Virus record (IMG/VR): IMGVR_UViG_3300012933_000371
Coordinates: 25,989-89,988 of that record
Source: a virus
Taxonomy: Duplodnaviria; Caudoviricetes
Reading direction: 5' to 3' (one strand)
DNA: 64,000 nucleotides
Made by a program: the position numbers and the translations under genes. Shown here in pieces: positions 10,401 through 19,400 of this stretch (position 1 is its first letter; the number at the start of each line of letters is the position of its first letter). Under the pieces are notes generated by a model. The model worked only from the letters and a program-made list of their open reading frames with translations. It was not told where the DNA came from and ran no database searches.

Positions 10401-11400
10401 CAAGAGTTACTATCCAACTAATTGTTCTAGTAGCCGTACGGTTAGTGGTTGCGGCTGTAGCAGTTAATGTTGTAGTAGTTGTACCTGCTATAGTAGCTGT
10501 TCCACTTAGTGTGCCACCACTTAAAGTTACGCCTGTTGGTAAAGTATTAGCTGTATAGCTTACAGTTTTACCGGCCGCGCTGGTTGCTGCTAAGGCTATT
10601 GGAGTCATTGCTGAACCTCCAACTAATGTAGCTGAAGTATCTGCAGGAGGATTTGTCCAAGTTACCGTATCAGTATTAATAGTTAAACTGAAAGAACGGA
10701 AAGAATCTTGATTTTGTGCGTCTGTTGCTTTTACAATAAAAGTATATGTAGTACTAGAATTATCTACTGGCGATGTACCTGATAAGGTGCCGTTAGAAGC
10801 AAGTGTAGCTCCAGTTGGTAAAGTACCTGAGTATAGCGAGTAAGTAATTGGTGCATCGCCTGTTGCAGAAATAGACGTACTAATTGGGTTAGTCTCATAA
10901 AGACTTCCAAGGCTTCCAGCAGCAGTAATAAATGATGGCAAGTTAGAAACGTTTAGTCCTAAGTAAATGCCGCCTGCTCCGTCTGGATTAAATACCATTA
11001 AGGAGTAAGAACCGGTTGCAGACGCGGGAACAACTACGTTTAACTGTGTTGAACTAACAAATGTAGTTGTAAGTGAAACTCCGTTAATATACGCAGCAAT
11101 ACCAGATTTAAAATTACTACCCACGATTCTAGCGTAACCGCCTGCTGGGTCAAAGGCAGTATCATCAGTAATATTATAGCTGCTATCAGCTATATATAGG
11201 TTACTAATTACAGGAGCGCTAGACATAGGAGTAATAGTACTTACTTCTCCAGATGTGACTACGCCCAGCCCAATATTGGTGCCGGGCTGAATTTTGTTAC
11301 CAGTAACTGCTAGACCAGAACTACTATTAATAATAGTAGCCTCGCCAGCTTGAACGCTGGCGGCTGTAGATCTTTTTGTACTTGCTGATTTAACTGACAT
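4489..11400 (-). CDS. Large adhesin/fibre with nine LamG (ConA-like) domains and N-terminal Ig-like domains
   Basis: Nine (G/x)xFTxExW-type motifs, each with WxHxAxVR...LYxNG and FTPSTAPLTAV repeats; N-terminal TIG/He_PIG-like segments (LPTGATLASNGTLSGT). Confidence 0.8.
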   Translation of the reverse strand: MSVKSASTKRSTAASVQAGEATIINSSSGLAVTGNKIQPGTNIGLGVVTSGEVSTITPMSSAPVISNLYIADSSYNITDDTAFDPAGGYARIVGSNFKSGIAAYINGVSLTTTFVSSTQLNVVVPASATGSYSLMVFNPDGAGGIYLGLNVSNLPSFITAAGSLGSLYETNPISTSISATGDAPITYSLYSGTLPTGATLASNGTLSGTSPVDNSSTTYTFIVKATDAQNQDSFRSFSLTINTDTVTWTNPPADTSATLVGGSAMTPIALAATSAAGKTVSYTANTLPTGVTLSGGTLSGTATIAGTTTTTLTATAATTNRTATRTISWIVTLGDTYWKDTTLLLNGTTPTPSFVSDASSVNNQVTVIGDTKPNSFNPYQEGYYSNYFDNSSYATIPVTPLGAGNWTIEGWVRLEGGIDWNGGIFHLSDNGYLPSNGSGVAFATYNSLWHTYSGGSNFAQPNTPVPKMFAWTHFALVKNNSVFTLYIDGVACQTGADTTNYTATYLALGGYYSTGYKNKFSLSNFRIVKGTAVYTANFTPSTQALTAIAGTTLLCANSSRLIDTSPYNCKITPVSSVPVTSSVPFARPTSIAYNTQYSTYFDGTGDYLTVPSTGITIGTGDFTVEGWFYFTGVDGTRYDLFANISGFLLYRYSDNNLSFYTDASGTNKITVSGFTSANYGNKWTHIAITRQGGNTKLFLNGTQAGSTFTSDTTNYTGSTLYLGRNGSSAIYYRGYISNFRVVTGTALYTTTFTPSTAPLTAVSGTSLLTCQNSTLKDNSTNAFVVTSYGDAQPTAFSPFTQTTSTNTLTSIGSAYFDGSGDFLKIADETRSTSALFALTDKNFTYECWIYPINYPGGNEGALFNQWYGIGGQSIFTLQSSGYLNYTWDQNGNGGVSFTGTSQQVKLNMWNHVALVRNNGTFTLYVNGIADATTYNIGTQAIDYYGDYIKQPSIAARAGYGSAGSFNAYISDFRLVIGSAVYTSNFLPPQTPLTAVTNTKLLTLQYNGNSTNNNFVDQSSANNIVTRSGNPTQGTFSPFSQNGWSTYFDGGSQLTFPSSTQYAFGTGAFTFEGWVKLPKGTNNKQITVQGSQFLLGTGGYSGSTVGCLRYYSGPASTTHVTGASYLIATDTWTHFAVVRENTSANGFKMYVNGTLAYVSTDTGNYGTSATVSVGSGGGNDYITGNISNFRILKGTALYTTASTTVGTQVFTPSTVPLTAITNTQLLTCQSNRLIDNSPNTFAATVSGTPSVQAYSPFGGKTVTPTAYSAYMDGNGYVISPAAGSANVSPVFGLGKSDYTVETWLRLDNDSNVGIWDFRPSGTNPAVPNLLYNGTYNQVTFNIGSTTKILYTISLAQYTWYHLAVVRIAGVTTLYVDGVARGTYTGSEDFGSTSTLTVGTVGDSPGYSSTELLGSISNLRVVRGVGVYTGAFTVPASPLQVSQSSGTNIAAVGTIPTNGNSVYFNNSTSDYLTATGSNLALGTGDFTIECWFYRIQTGRDDGIYTAGRSPDAAGGFGIKVSSTNQIYWNTNTSYGGGTATVVSNQWNHLAVVRVSGVLKWYLNGVLDYTNNSFTQNCSNPTAKIGITDDPTYTNMYISNFRIIKGTGLYTTNFTPSTAPLTAVANTVLLTCQSADLKDNSTNGYQITKSGSATIAKSWSPFGYNTSYLGFQSADAKDISVNRINQVTTGNVYPRTTNPFGSSGVTITENVVCSPEITGGSMYFDGNGDYLSMPSSSELIIGQNSATVEFWIYPTSVSGYQRIVTATTGGFSAGTFCIRFNNGSLLAGDAGGNWVSSNTLPVLNAWNHIAWVGTSGSTQVLYINGVNAGTSTTYNLTTAIQWVGGYYTSGPAEFTNGYLSDVRITKGATLYTSNFAPPAAPVTAIATVNTTTYPSSLYLTGTSGGIIDAHGTIDLETVGDTKLWPQDPYAGNYYSNFSDGNGDYLTVPSASWTTLSGTFTVEFWANWAVTPQAGSLMGVQSNGGFALYNDGTRISPNLYGSSNIFNSTFLVSSIVLGQWYHIAITRDSSNLMTMWVNGVSVGSTTTATTYTQGAWAIFSPGNVNATHGYISNHRVANTCLYTTTFTPSTSPLTAVSGTQLLTCQSNRFKDNSTNAATLTAYNTVAVKSFNPFQKNSGMSMYFDGAGDVVLTKPGPSNSLGSGDFTIEGWIYHSSLPSNARVLSQGTPTTGEHLLIIYAAGSADFCEATTARLSFPSGSFKLGQWQHFAIVRNGTGAGNMTAYINGVSVATATSTYNFNAVTSTYIGSNPNTGSQDFNGYLQDLRITKGVARYNAAFTPPTSPVQTK

Positions 11401-11729
11401 TAGCTAACCTCGCTTCCGAATGCGCTGAAACTTAGGGTTGTAGTACCTGAGTAGATTGAAATTACATCCGTAGCTGCTAGAGTCATACCGATTGTTAGTG
11501 TGATCGTATCATTTCCTGCAACTGGTGTGTCGTAGTTTATGTAATGTTTAGGGTCTAGTGCCGCACCTGCTGGTCGGACCGCTAGTCTAAATGAGGCGGC
11601 TGTTGCGCTCATATTACAAATTGCAACTGTACTAATTACAGTTGACGTAGCTGAGGGAACTGTGTATAATGTTGTCAAAGTAGTTGCGGCAGGATTTGAT
11701 TGCCCTAGTACTTTATATGTTGATGCCAT
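11400..11729 (-). CDS. Small tail-fibre-associated protein
   Basis: 109-aa beta-rich ORF (TLYTVPSATSTVISTVAICN) between fibre genes. Confidence 0.55.
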   Translation of the reverse strand: MASTYKVLGQSNPAATTLTTLYTVPSATSTVISTVAICNMSATAASFRLAVRPAGAALDPKHYINYDTPVAGNDTITLTIGMTLAATDVISIYSGTTTLSFSAFGSEVS

Positions 11730-11730
11730 A

Positions 11731-12705
11731 TTATGCTCCCATTAATAGGAATGATTGTTCGAAACCGGCCGCAGCTGGCTTATTAGTTAGGTCTGTATAA
11801 CTACCAGAAAATAAGGCAGGCTTACTTGTAAGATCTGCGTAACTACCGCTAAATAAAGCAGGCTTATTTGTTAAATCTGTGTAGCTTCCGCTAAATAATG
11901 TTGGTTTATTTGCTAGGTCAGTATAGCTACCACTTGTAGCTACTGCAGCCAAACTACTAGTATTTGCTTTAGTACCTAAGGTGGTAATGATGCTAGCTAC
12001 TGCACTTTCGTCACTAGCTAATTGATCGGAAATTTCTTTTAATGTATCTAGTGTTGTTGGAGCACCAGCAATAAGATTAGAAATTTGTGTGTTAACATAT
12101 GTTTCAGATGCTAAACCCGTTATACTTGGAATTGTTGGTTTATTTGTTAGATCCGTATAACTGCCGCTGAATAAAGTAGGCTTATTTAATAAGTCATTGT
12201 AGCTACCTGAAGTTGCTACTGTTGCAAGGCTTGTTACATTAGCCTTACTTGTATTAAGTTGCGATATTAAATCATCAACTTGTATAGATGTGTATACGTT
12301 AGGTAACGTAAGTATGTCGTAAATAGTGAACTTGATCGTATCACCAACTACTGCTGCCTGAGTTAAAGTGACAGTAGAGCCATCAGTAGCAGAATAATCT
12401 GTACTGAATAGCTCACTACCATTTATTGTTACATCCACTAACCCAGCACCATACCCATCGGGTATGGTAAAGGAAGTCTCTCCACCAGTGGCCGTTACTT
12501 CGTGTATTCTTCTAAGCATCGAAGTAGGGCCAGAACTAGTTCCGCCGCTGCCTGTACTAGCACTAATAGTACCAATAGTGTTATTAGACTTTTTAAAGTA
12601 TATTACACCATCCGCATAATTTAATGCTAATTCTCCAAATTGTAAATCGCTGGTTGTTGGAATCTTTCCACTAACCGAGCTCTTTTTTAGTTTAATTGCT
12701 GACAT
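11731..12705 (-). CDS. Tail fibre protein with 13-aa repeats
   Basis: N-terminal IKLKKSSVSGKIPT..L.FGELALNYADG motif; same TLDTLKEI module and LFSGSYxDLTxKP repeats as 3429-4025. Confidence 0.7.
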   Translation of the reverse strand: MSAIKLKKSSVSGKIPTTSDLQFGELALNYADGVIYFKKSNNTIGTISASTGSGGTSSGPTSMLRRIHEVTATGGETSFTIPDGYGAGLVDVTINGSELFSTDYSATDGSTVTLTQAAVVGDTIKFTIYDILTLPNVYTSIQVDDLISQLNTSKANVTSLATVATSGSYNDLLNKPTLFSGSYTDLTNKPTIPSITGLASETYVNTQISNLIAGAPTTLDTLKEISDQLASDESAVASIITTLGTKANTSSLAAVATSGSYTDLANKPTLFSGSYTDLTNKPALFSGSYADLTSKPALFSGSYTDLTNKPAAAGFEQSFLLMGA

Positions 12706-12753
12706 TCTAGTTCCTAAAAAGGTAGAGCAACTTATAGAAGTTGCTTATTAAAA

Positions 12754-14088
12754 TTAATAAGTTCCGCCGTCAATTTCTGCAATAGAAACTGAACCGCTTG
12801 TAACTGTAAACTGTGTGCTATCAAAAGTAGCAAGACCTTTTACAGAAGTTGTAGCTGTTGGGATAGCTGTTTGAGATACTGCTGTTACCAAGCCTTTAGC
12901 ATTAACAGTAACTGTTGGTACAGTTAAAGAATCACCAAAAGAACCAGTATTAGAGTTAACAGTAGCTAAAGTAACTGCTGCACTAACTGCTGCACTGCCG
13001 TCTACGTTTGATAGTGTAGCTGTTGCATCACCAGTCAAGCTTAGGTTACGTGCTGTAGCCCACTTTGTAGCTGTATCTGCATTACCAACTAAGTCGCCAT
13101 ATACAGTAGATACTGTTAGAGCTTTGTTTAAGTTCCAACGATCATCAGCAGATGTGTAAGTTAAAGTAGCAGGGGTTGTTGGTCCAATAACCGTTAAACC
13201 AGCGCCATTAGCTTGAGCTGCTGTAGTAGCGTCTTTTGATAAGGTAATGTTAGTGTCGCCGATAGCAACAGTAGTAGAGTTAACAGTAGTAGTTGTACCT
13301 AATACAGTTAAGTTACCAGAGATTGTAGCATTACCAGATACAGCTAGTTCAGTTGCTGTAATGTCATCACTGTTCAATGTACCGTTAACGGTTACTGTAT
13401 TGAAAGTAACGTCATCAGTAGTTCCAACTGCTTGACCTAAACTGATTGTTACGTTGCCGCTGCCGTCTAGTGCGGTAGTAACGCCGGTTCCGCCCAAGAT
13501 AGAGATTGTATCATTATCTAACGATAGAGTATCTGTACCAGTATCGCCAGCTAAATTAATAGTACCAGCTGCGATTGTAGCACTGCTAACACTAGTAATT
13601 AAACCCTTAGCATTAACAGTAATAATAGGTACTGAAGTAGTTCCACCGTATGTACCAACGTTGCTGTTAACAGTTGCTAGAGTAAGTGCTGCACTAACGT
13701 TAGCACTACCATCTACGCTTGATAGGGTAGCTGTACCGTCGCCAGTTAAGCTTAAGTTACGTCCAATTGACCACTTGTCAGCAAAATCAGCAGTACCAGT
13801 AATATCACCAACGATATTAGCAGAGATAGCACCTGATGTATCACGTCTAACTAGTGTGTTTGCTACGTTTGATGACGTAGCAGAATTGATCATGTCGGTA
13901 AAGTATTTACCACCAATTACAACGTGATTAACAGCGTTGCCGTTGGTTTCAGTACCCATACCAACGTATAGTCTGTCGCCGCCGTTCGAGCCGTTATCGG
14001 CTAATGCAGAATAAGCTAATTCACCAGCACCTAACGATGCAGGGTTACCACTAACTTCACTGCGCTTTATTCTAAAAATAGAAGCCAT
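12754..14088 (-). CDS. Tail fibre protein
   Basis: N-terminal IFRIKRS...L.AGELAY motif; duplicated ADKW..RNLSLTGD.TATLS.VDGSA module. Confidence 0.7.
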   Translation of the reverse strand: MASIFRIKRSEVSGNPASLGAGELAYSALADNGSNGGDRLYVGMGTETNGNAVNHVVIGGKYFTDMINSATSSNVANTLVRRDTSGAISANIVGDITGTADFADKWSIGRNLSLTGDGTATLSSVDGSANVSAALTLATVNSNVGTYGGTTSVPIITVNAKGLITSVSSATIAAGTINLAGDTGTDTLSLDNDTISILGGTGVTTALDGSGNVTISLGQAVGTTDDVTFNTVTVNGTLNSDDITATELAVSGNATISGNLTVLGTTTTVNSTTVAIGDTNITLSKDATTAAQANGAGLTVIGPTTPATLTYTSADDRWNLNKALTVSTVYGDLVGNADTATKWATARNLSLTGDATATLSNVDGSAAVSAAVTLATVNSNTGSFGDSLTVPTVTVNAKGLVTAVSQTAIPTATTSVKGLATFDSTQFTVTSGSVSIAEIDGGTY

Positions 14089-14097
14089 ATGTTTCCT

Positions 14098-14427
14098 TTA
14101 ATATTGACCAGATTCAATTATTTGTTGATCCAGTAAAGTTTTCGCAGTCCATTTCTGCGTTGTGGGATTATAAACTAATATACTCCCGTTAATTAAACTA
14201 GTAGTATCTACGTCTTGTAATGCATCTAAGCGGGTTGCACCGCCGTCAATACCATCGCGTCCGTCAATACCATCACGTCCATCTATACCGTCTATACCAT
14301 TTGTACCATTTGTACCGTTTGTTCCAGGTAAGCCTCTAGGGCCTAATAATCCTGTAGCAACAACTTGTGGAACTTTAGTATCGATAACAACAGTATTATG
14401 TGCCTGTGTTACGATTACATCTGTCAT
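14098..14427 (-). CDS. Collagen-like (G-X-Y) virion protein
   Basis: GPRGLPGTNGTNGTNGIDGIDGRDGIDGRDGIDG followed by L..L.DVD. Confidence 0.75.
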   Translation of the reverse strand: MTDVIVTQAHNTVVIDTKVPQVVATGLLGPRGLPGTNGTNGTNGIDGIDGRDGIDGRDGIDGGATRLDALQDVDTTSLINGSILVYNPTTQKWTAKTLLDQQIIESGQY

Positions 14428-15020
14428 CTTATAATCTCCGGTACTAAGGTTAGGTTACCGGTTAAGAAAGGTATTACTCTTCCAGTATCGTCGTATAATT
14501 CTACTGAATATACGGCTGATAAGAATGAGAAACCAGCAGTAACATCGGCAGGGATTGTTATATTAATAGTACTATTGCTAGTATCTATTGAGATAGCTCC
14601 ACCAGCTGCTGAAGTACTGTCGTACAATACTTCTGTGCTAGCCACTGTTTTACGTATTTGTAATCTTGCCGAGTACCCTGTTAAAGGAACTGGGTGATTG
14701 TATTCTAATATGCCGCCTGTTGTATAAGCTGCATATCCTGCACTGTTTACTTGATTTACCGTAACAGTATCTGTTGTAGTTTCAGAAGCGATATAATAAC
14801 CGTCTGTAGTACTATTAATATCTTTCATTCCAGCTGCACCTACTACGCGGAATCTCCAGCCAGTAGGTAGCTCATGTGGAATGGTTGTTGTAATTACGCA
14901 AGGTGCAGTATTAGAAATACTATCGATCGGTACATAAACTTTTGTTTCTGTTTCCCAACGATAGGTTTCTTCAAATGTAGTACCTTGATAAATTTTGTAG
15001 CTTAATTTTGCTGGTTGCAT
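14424..15020 (-). CDS. Putative tail/baseplate accessory protein
   Basis: IYQGTTF...YSARLQIR...YSVEL motifs seen in fibre-anchoring proteins; late-cluster position. Confidence 0.45.
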   Translation of the reverse strand: MQPAKLSYKIYQGTTFEETYRWETETKVYVPIDSISNTAPCVITTTIPHELPTGWRFRVVGAAGMKDINSTTDGYYIASETTTDTVTVNQVNSAGYAAYTTGGILEYNHPVPLTGYSARLQIRKTVASTEVLYDSTSAAGGAISIDTSNSTINITIPADVTAGFSFLSAVYSVELYDDTGRVIPFLTGNLTLVPEIIR

Positions 15021-15361
15021 TAAGCACCTCCATTATTATTTGTTGCACGTTTGAACTTAGCCATTTGTTCAGTAAGTGCACAAATTTCAGTGTGTAAACG
15101 CTGATTTTCAATAGTTAGTTTTTGTAACTGTTGATTAAGATTAATTACTTCAGTATGCAACCTACCAAGCTCGTTACTAAGAGCCGTATTCTGAGTGCTC
15201 ATACGTTCTAGTTCTGAGTGCATTAAAGTAATTATACTTGTTTCGGCGTCAGTACTTCGCCAATCTTTTAATAATTTCTTGATCCCCACGAAAACGGCAA
15301 TGATAGCCAGTGATATTGCGGTCAATACTTGAATTATTTCCTCTGAATTTGTTCCTAACAT
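15020..15361 (-). CDS. Membrane-anchored coiled-coil protein (possible holin)
   Basis: One N-terminal TM helix then a long coiled coil; first gene after a strong promoter. Confidence 0.45.
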   Translation of the reverse strand: MLGTNSEEIIQVLTAISLAIIAVFVGIKKLLKDWRSTDAETSIITLMHSELERMSTQNTALSNELGRLHTEVINLNQQLQKLTIENQRLHTEICALTEQMAKFKRATNNNGGA

Positions 15362-15487
15362 AAGTTAGTTCTCCCCGTTGTGGATTGCTTATTTCAAGTA
15401 CGCTGATAAGATCATACTTTTTGATGGTTAGTTATAGTTAATTGATGGTCAAGAAAAAATTTCGACACCTATAGGACAATTTGTACT

Positions 15488-15516
15488 ATTATATCACAAA
15501 GGGTCGATATTGTCAA
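15488..15516 (-). promoter_or_regulatory. Consensus sigma70 late promoter
   Basis: Minus strand TTGACA-17-TATAAT, with TG at the extended -10 position. Confidence 0.9.
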
Positions 15517-15519
15517 TGC

Positions 15520-15553
15520 AAAAAAATACCCTGCCCATTTATTGGACAGGGTA
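15520..15553 (-). terminator. Intrinsic terminator
   Basis: Minus strand TACCCTGTCCA-ATAAA-TGGGCAGGGTA followed by a run of T. Confidence 0.8.
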
Positions 15554-15594
15554 CGGTAATATGCTGTATTAATCCTAGGAACTTAAAATTGGTT

Positions 15595-16431
15595 TTAAAT
15601 TTCTTCTATCTGTACGGATGTGGCGTAGATAGTATACATTGGGTGATTAATATTTGACATAGTAGTTAACTTACCATAGATCTGATAGTCTTGTTCTTTT
15701 TGTATATCCTCGTCATCTGGGAATAACGAAATAAATATAGGTTTGCGTAACCCATTGGCACGTAAAATGCCTAACATCTCAGTACGTTCTGTGGTAGTTA
15801 ACCACGATAGGTCAAAAGTCAAAGACTTGTGTACAGTACCGTTACTAGTCATTAAGTTACCTGCTTCGGTACGCTGTTGTTGACTAGTATCAGTATATCC
15901 TGTAGTTATTCCATAGTTGGTGTTGTACGCTGGAGACCAGTAATCGCCAACAACTAATCGACTTAGTTCAATGTATCCAGCTGTATTATCCACATCACTA
16001 ATGATTACTTCTAGCTTTTTACAACTGGTTTTTGCAAACCAAGTTCTAGCTATAGAACCTCCACCATAACTATAGCTGTTTGCTCCTAGTTGTTGAACGC
16101 CCCAGTCCCATAAACCTTGTGGATCACTAGCACCTGCTGACTTAACTCCAGTATCTAGTACTGCAACAGTGTCGGCGGCGTTGGTATATAGTTTTACTCG
16201 GATAGTTGCTGTACTGGTTAAATTACAAAATGGTAAGATAACTGCAGCTACTTCTTGACTTGCAGTCCAAGTAGCTGTAATGGTACCACTTGTAGTAGTA
16301 GATCTCCATACTAAACCTTTTTGCTCCTTCAACAAGTTAGCAGCCGTTAGGCTGCCAGCTGTTGCAGTTGAGGATACAGTGGCATAATCTGCCACGTTTC
16401 CGTATATTACTCTTAAATTGTTTGATGACAT
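15595..16431 (-). CDS. Putative distal tail (Dit-like) protein with N-terminal carbohydrate-binding-like domain
   Basis: C-terminal YGITTGYTD...RTEAG...SLTFDLSWLT..E...PIFISLFP pattern resembles siphophage Dit; N-terminal WRS...ITATW is discoidin-like. Confidence 0.45.
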   Translation of the reverse strand: MSSNNLRVIYGNVADYATVSSTATAGSLTAANLLKEQKGLVWRSTTTSGTITATWTASQEVAAVILPFCNLTSTATIRVKLYTNAADTVAVLDTGVKSAGASDPQGLWDWGVQQLGANSYSYGGGSIARTWFAKTSCKKLEVIISDVDNTAGYIELSRLVVGDYWSPAYNTNYGITTGYTDTSQQQRTEAGNLMTSNGTVHKSLTFDLSWLTTTERTEMLGILRANGLRKPIFISLFPDDEDIQKEQDYQIYGKLTTMSNINHPMYTIYATSVQIEEI

Positions 16432-16460
16432 AAGTTTATTGTCCTGATGAACTGTAAAGG

Positions 16461-19400
16461 TTAAGGCACTGGGCCTACATTTAAGGTATATGTTGCACTA
16501 CCTCCAGCTCCTGTAGCTGTAAAAACAATACTGAAGCTTGCGCCTCTGAAACCGTTATTAGTAGTATTAAAGGTCTGGCTACCATTTAGTGCCATTGGCT
16601 GAGTAATATATTGACTTGCTGTTACACTAGTAGCTCTTGAAGAACTCCAGTTAACTACAATTTGATTACTAGTAACAGTCGGTGCACTAGCAGTAATAGT
16701 TGGTGGAGCTATGTATCCGCAACCAGCATTATTAGGACTACTTACGCTATAAGTTCCACCAGAACCATCGTTGTATACTGTAACTAAAGTTGTTCCGCTG
16801 CAATAACTACTATTAAACGTTCCATATGCTGGGTAGTTTATAGAAGTATCGCTAATATTCCAGCTTACTGAGTTACCTACTTGAGAGGTAAAGTCGCTAA
16901 ATTTATACCATGTTGCAGTAAGTGTTTCTGTACCTTCAGTTAAATGGTCTGCAGTTACATTAAAGGTACTAGTACCTGTTGCTGTTGTAAATGTAGTTGA
17001 CCCAGATAATCCTGGAATATCAGTATCACCAGTAGTAATACCACTACCTGTTATCTTATAGTACAAAGTTTTTTGTACAAAGTTAGCTATACTCCAACTT
17101 ACTGTAAAACTGCCGCCTTCGCTTACAGTGGCTGGTGCTGAGGTAAACGTAAACGTAGGGAAAGTAGAGGTATCGTTGATAGTGGCAGTAGCAGAAGTAG
17201 CTACAACTGGACCACTAGTAGAGCCTGTTCTAATGCTTACATTAAATGTTTCCGAACCTTCTGTAGTTAAATCTGCCGTTGTAGTAATATCAAATATTCC
17301 GTTATAAAACTGACCGCTAACAGTAGTAAAGGAACCGCTAGTTGCTGAGAAGTCAGAATTTGAAGTACTAATATTATTTATTGTCCAGTACAATGTAGTA
17401 CCTACGGGTACGCCGGTAGTATACACGAAACAAGAGCCAGTACCCCCTTCGTTAATAGAAGAGAATGCAGCTACTGTGTAAGTAGGCTTAGACGTATCAT
17501 TAATAGTCCATGTTAGCGAGTTGCCTGCTTGTGTAGTTCTTGCCGAAGTAGTATATAGTGTTAAAGTTGCAGTTTCTGCACCTTCTAGTAACATATCTTC
17601 TACCATTCGTACGGGTAGACTACCAGTAGGCCCATCGAAGTTAAATGTACGTTGTAAATCGTAGTGTACACCATTGCTGGCATCTTGTACATCATCACCA
17701 GTAATACCAGTACCAGTTAAAGTATAATAAAGAAGTAACGGAAAACTAGGTATATTAGTAAGATCCCAACCAATTGTAAGAGTACTACCTTCATCAATAT
17801 TACCAGTAGTTGGAGTTCTAGTAAATGAATATGTAGGTACTGGAGTTATACTAGTATCGTTAATAGTCCAACTTACTGAATTACCTATAGGCTGTGTATA
17901 GTTGGCATCGTAGTATACCTGCATAGTAGCAGTTTCCTGCCCTTCAGTTGTTGAATCGCCTGATATACCTATAAGGTGGTTCTGAGTGCTAGACGTAAGA
18001 TATACTGAATACCTACTAACGCCATTATAAAAATCGCTGCCTGTAATTCCTACTCCGCTTACTTCAACATATAAAGTTCTTGGTACGCTTAGTTCTGTGG
18101 TTATACTATAAAATAAAACTTCACCTTCATTTATAGATGACGTGCTAGGATATGCTGATATTTTAGTTATATAAGTAACTGGATCTGCAATAGTCCATAT
18201 TACAGTATTTCCTATTCTTATACTACGACCGGCATCTGAGTAAAATGTTAGTGTAAGGGTTTCACCATCCTCTGATATAAAATCTGCAACTGCTCCAATA
18301 GTTATTGTAGAAGTACCTGCTTGTGTCAAAGTAAAAGCTACGTCAGTACTATTACTAGTAAAGTCGCTTGCTGTAATACCTGTACCGGTCATTCTACCGT
18401 AAATAGTGGCGGGATATGCTAAACCGTAACTCTCCATAGTTACTGTAATAGTATTTCCTTCTTTTAGATAATAAGAAGAAGCATAGGCATGTAGTGCGTC
18501 ATGTATAGTCCACGAAACAGCGTTGGTTAATGGAGTACTGTAACCAGAGTCTGCAAATATCTGTAGGGTAACTGTTTCATCCGATTCGTATATGTAATCA
18601 TCTGGAATTGGTATACTAATGTCAAAAGAATTACTAGTTATTGACATAGTACCTGTTAGAGATACTGTACCGCTATAGATATCGCCTGAGGTCACGCCTA
18701 TGCCTGAAAACTGGTAATAGGCTGCTTTAGGATAAGAAGGTATTCCACTTGAGGTTACTCTAGCTAAAAAGGTTGTACCTTCTTTTACATCTGTGGTATT
18801 AGGATCACCTGATATTTTAGATAAGGTCCATACTTCTGGTGTTAATGAAGTATCATTAATATAAATTGAACCAGTTAATGTTGCTAGTCTAGTAGCTGTG
18901 CTATCGTCTCTGTCTAAAGCTAAGGTAAAGTATTCTTGACCTTCTGTTACTAGATCTGCTTTAATTTTAATAGTAAATGATCCGGCCCCATTTGTGGTTG
19001 AAACATAGTACCTGTCCCCAACTACTAAAGTAGTTCCTGATATTTGATCTATATCATATAAGTCGGCTGTGGCAGGTGTTACTAATCGTATTTCAGCTCT
19101 AGTACCTGTTGGTGCATTAGTAGTAACACTATAAGTATACGTACTACCTTCGTTTACAGAAGTTGCTCCAGTTAATGCCCAAGTATACTCTAGAGAAGTA
19201 TCTCGCACTATGATATCATGACTAGTATTAGTACCCGTATAGTCATCTAAGGTTATTCTTAGAGTTTTATCACCATCTGTTCTATGGTCTTCTGCTGCGG
19301 TAAATGTACGTTCTGCAGTAAGTTGTCCTGCCGGAATAGTAAATCTATTGGTAGTAATGGAGGCTCCGCTACCAAGGGCAACAGTACCTGTCCAATCATT

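Noticed and set aside
4489-11400. Diversity-generating retroelement acting on LamG repeats
   Set aside because: No reverse transcriptase and no adenine-specific template/variable repeat pair seen.
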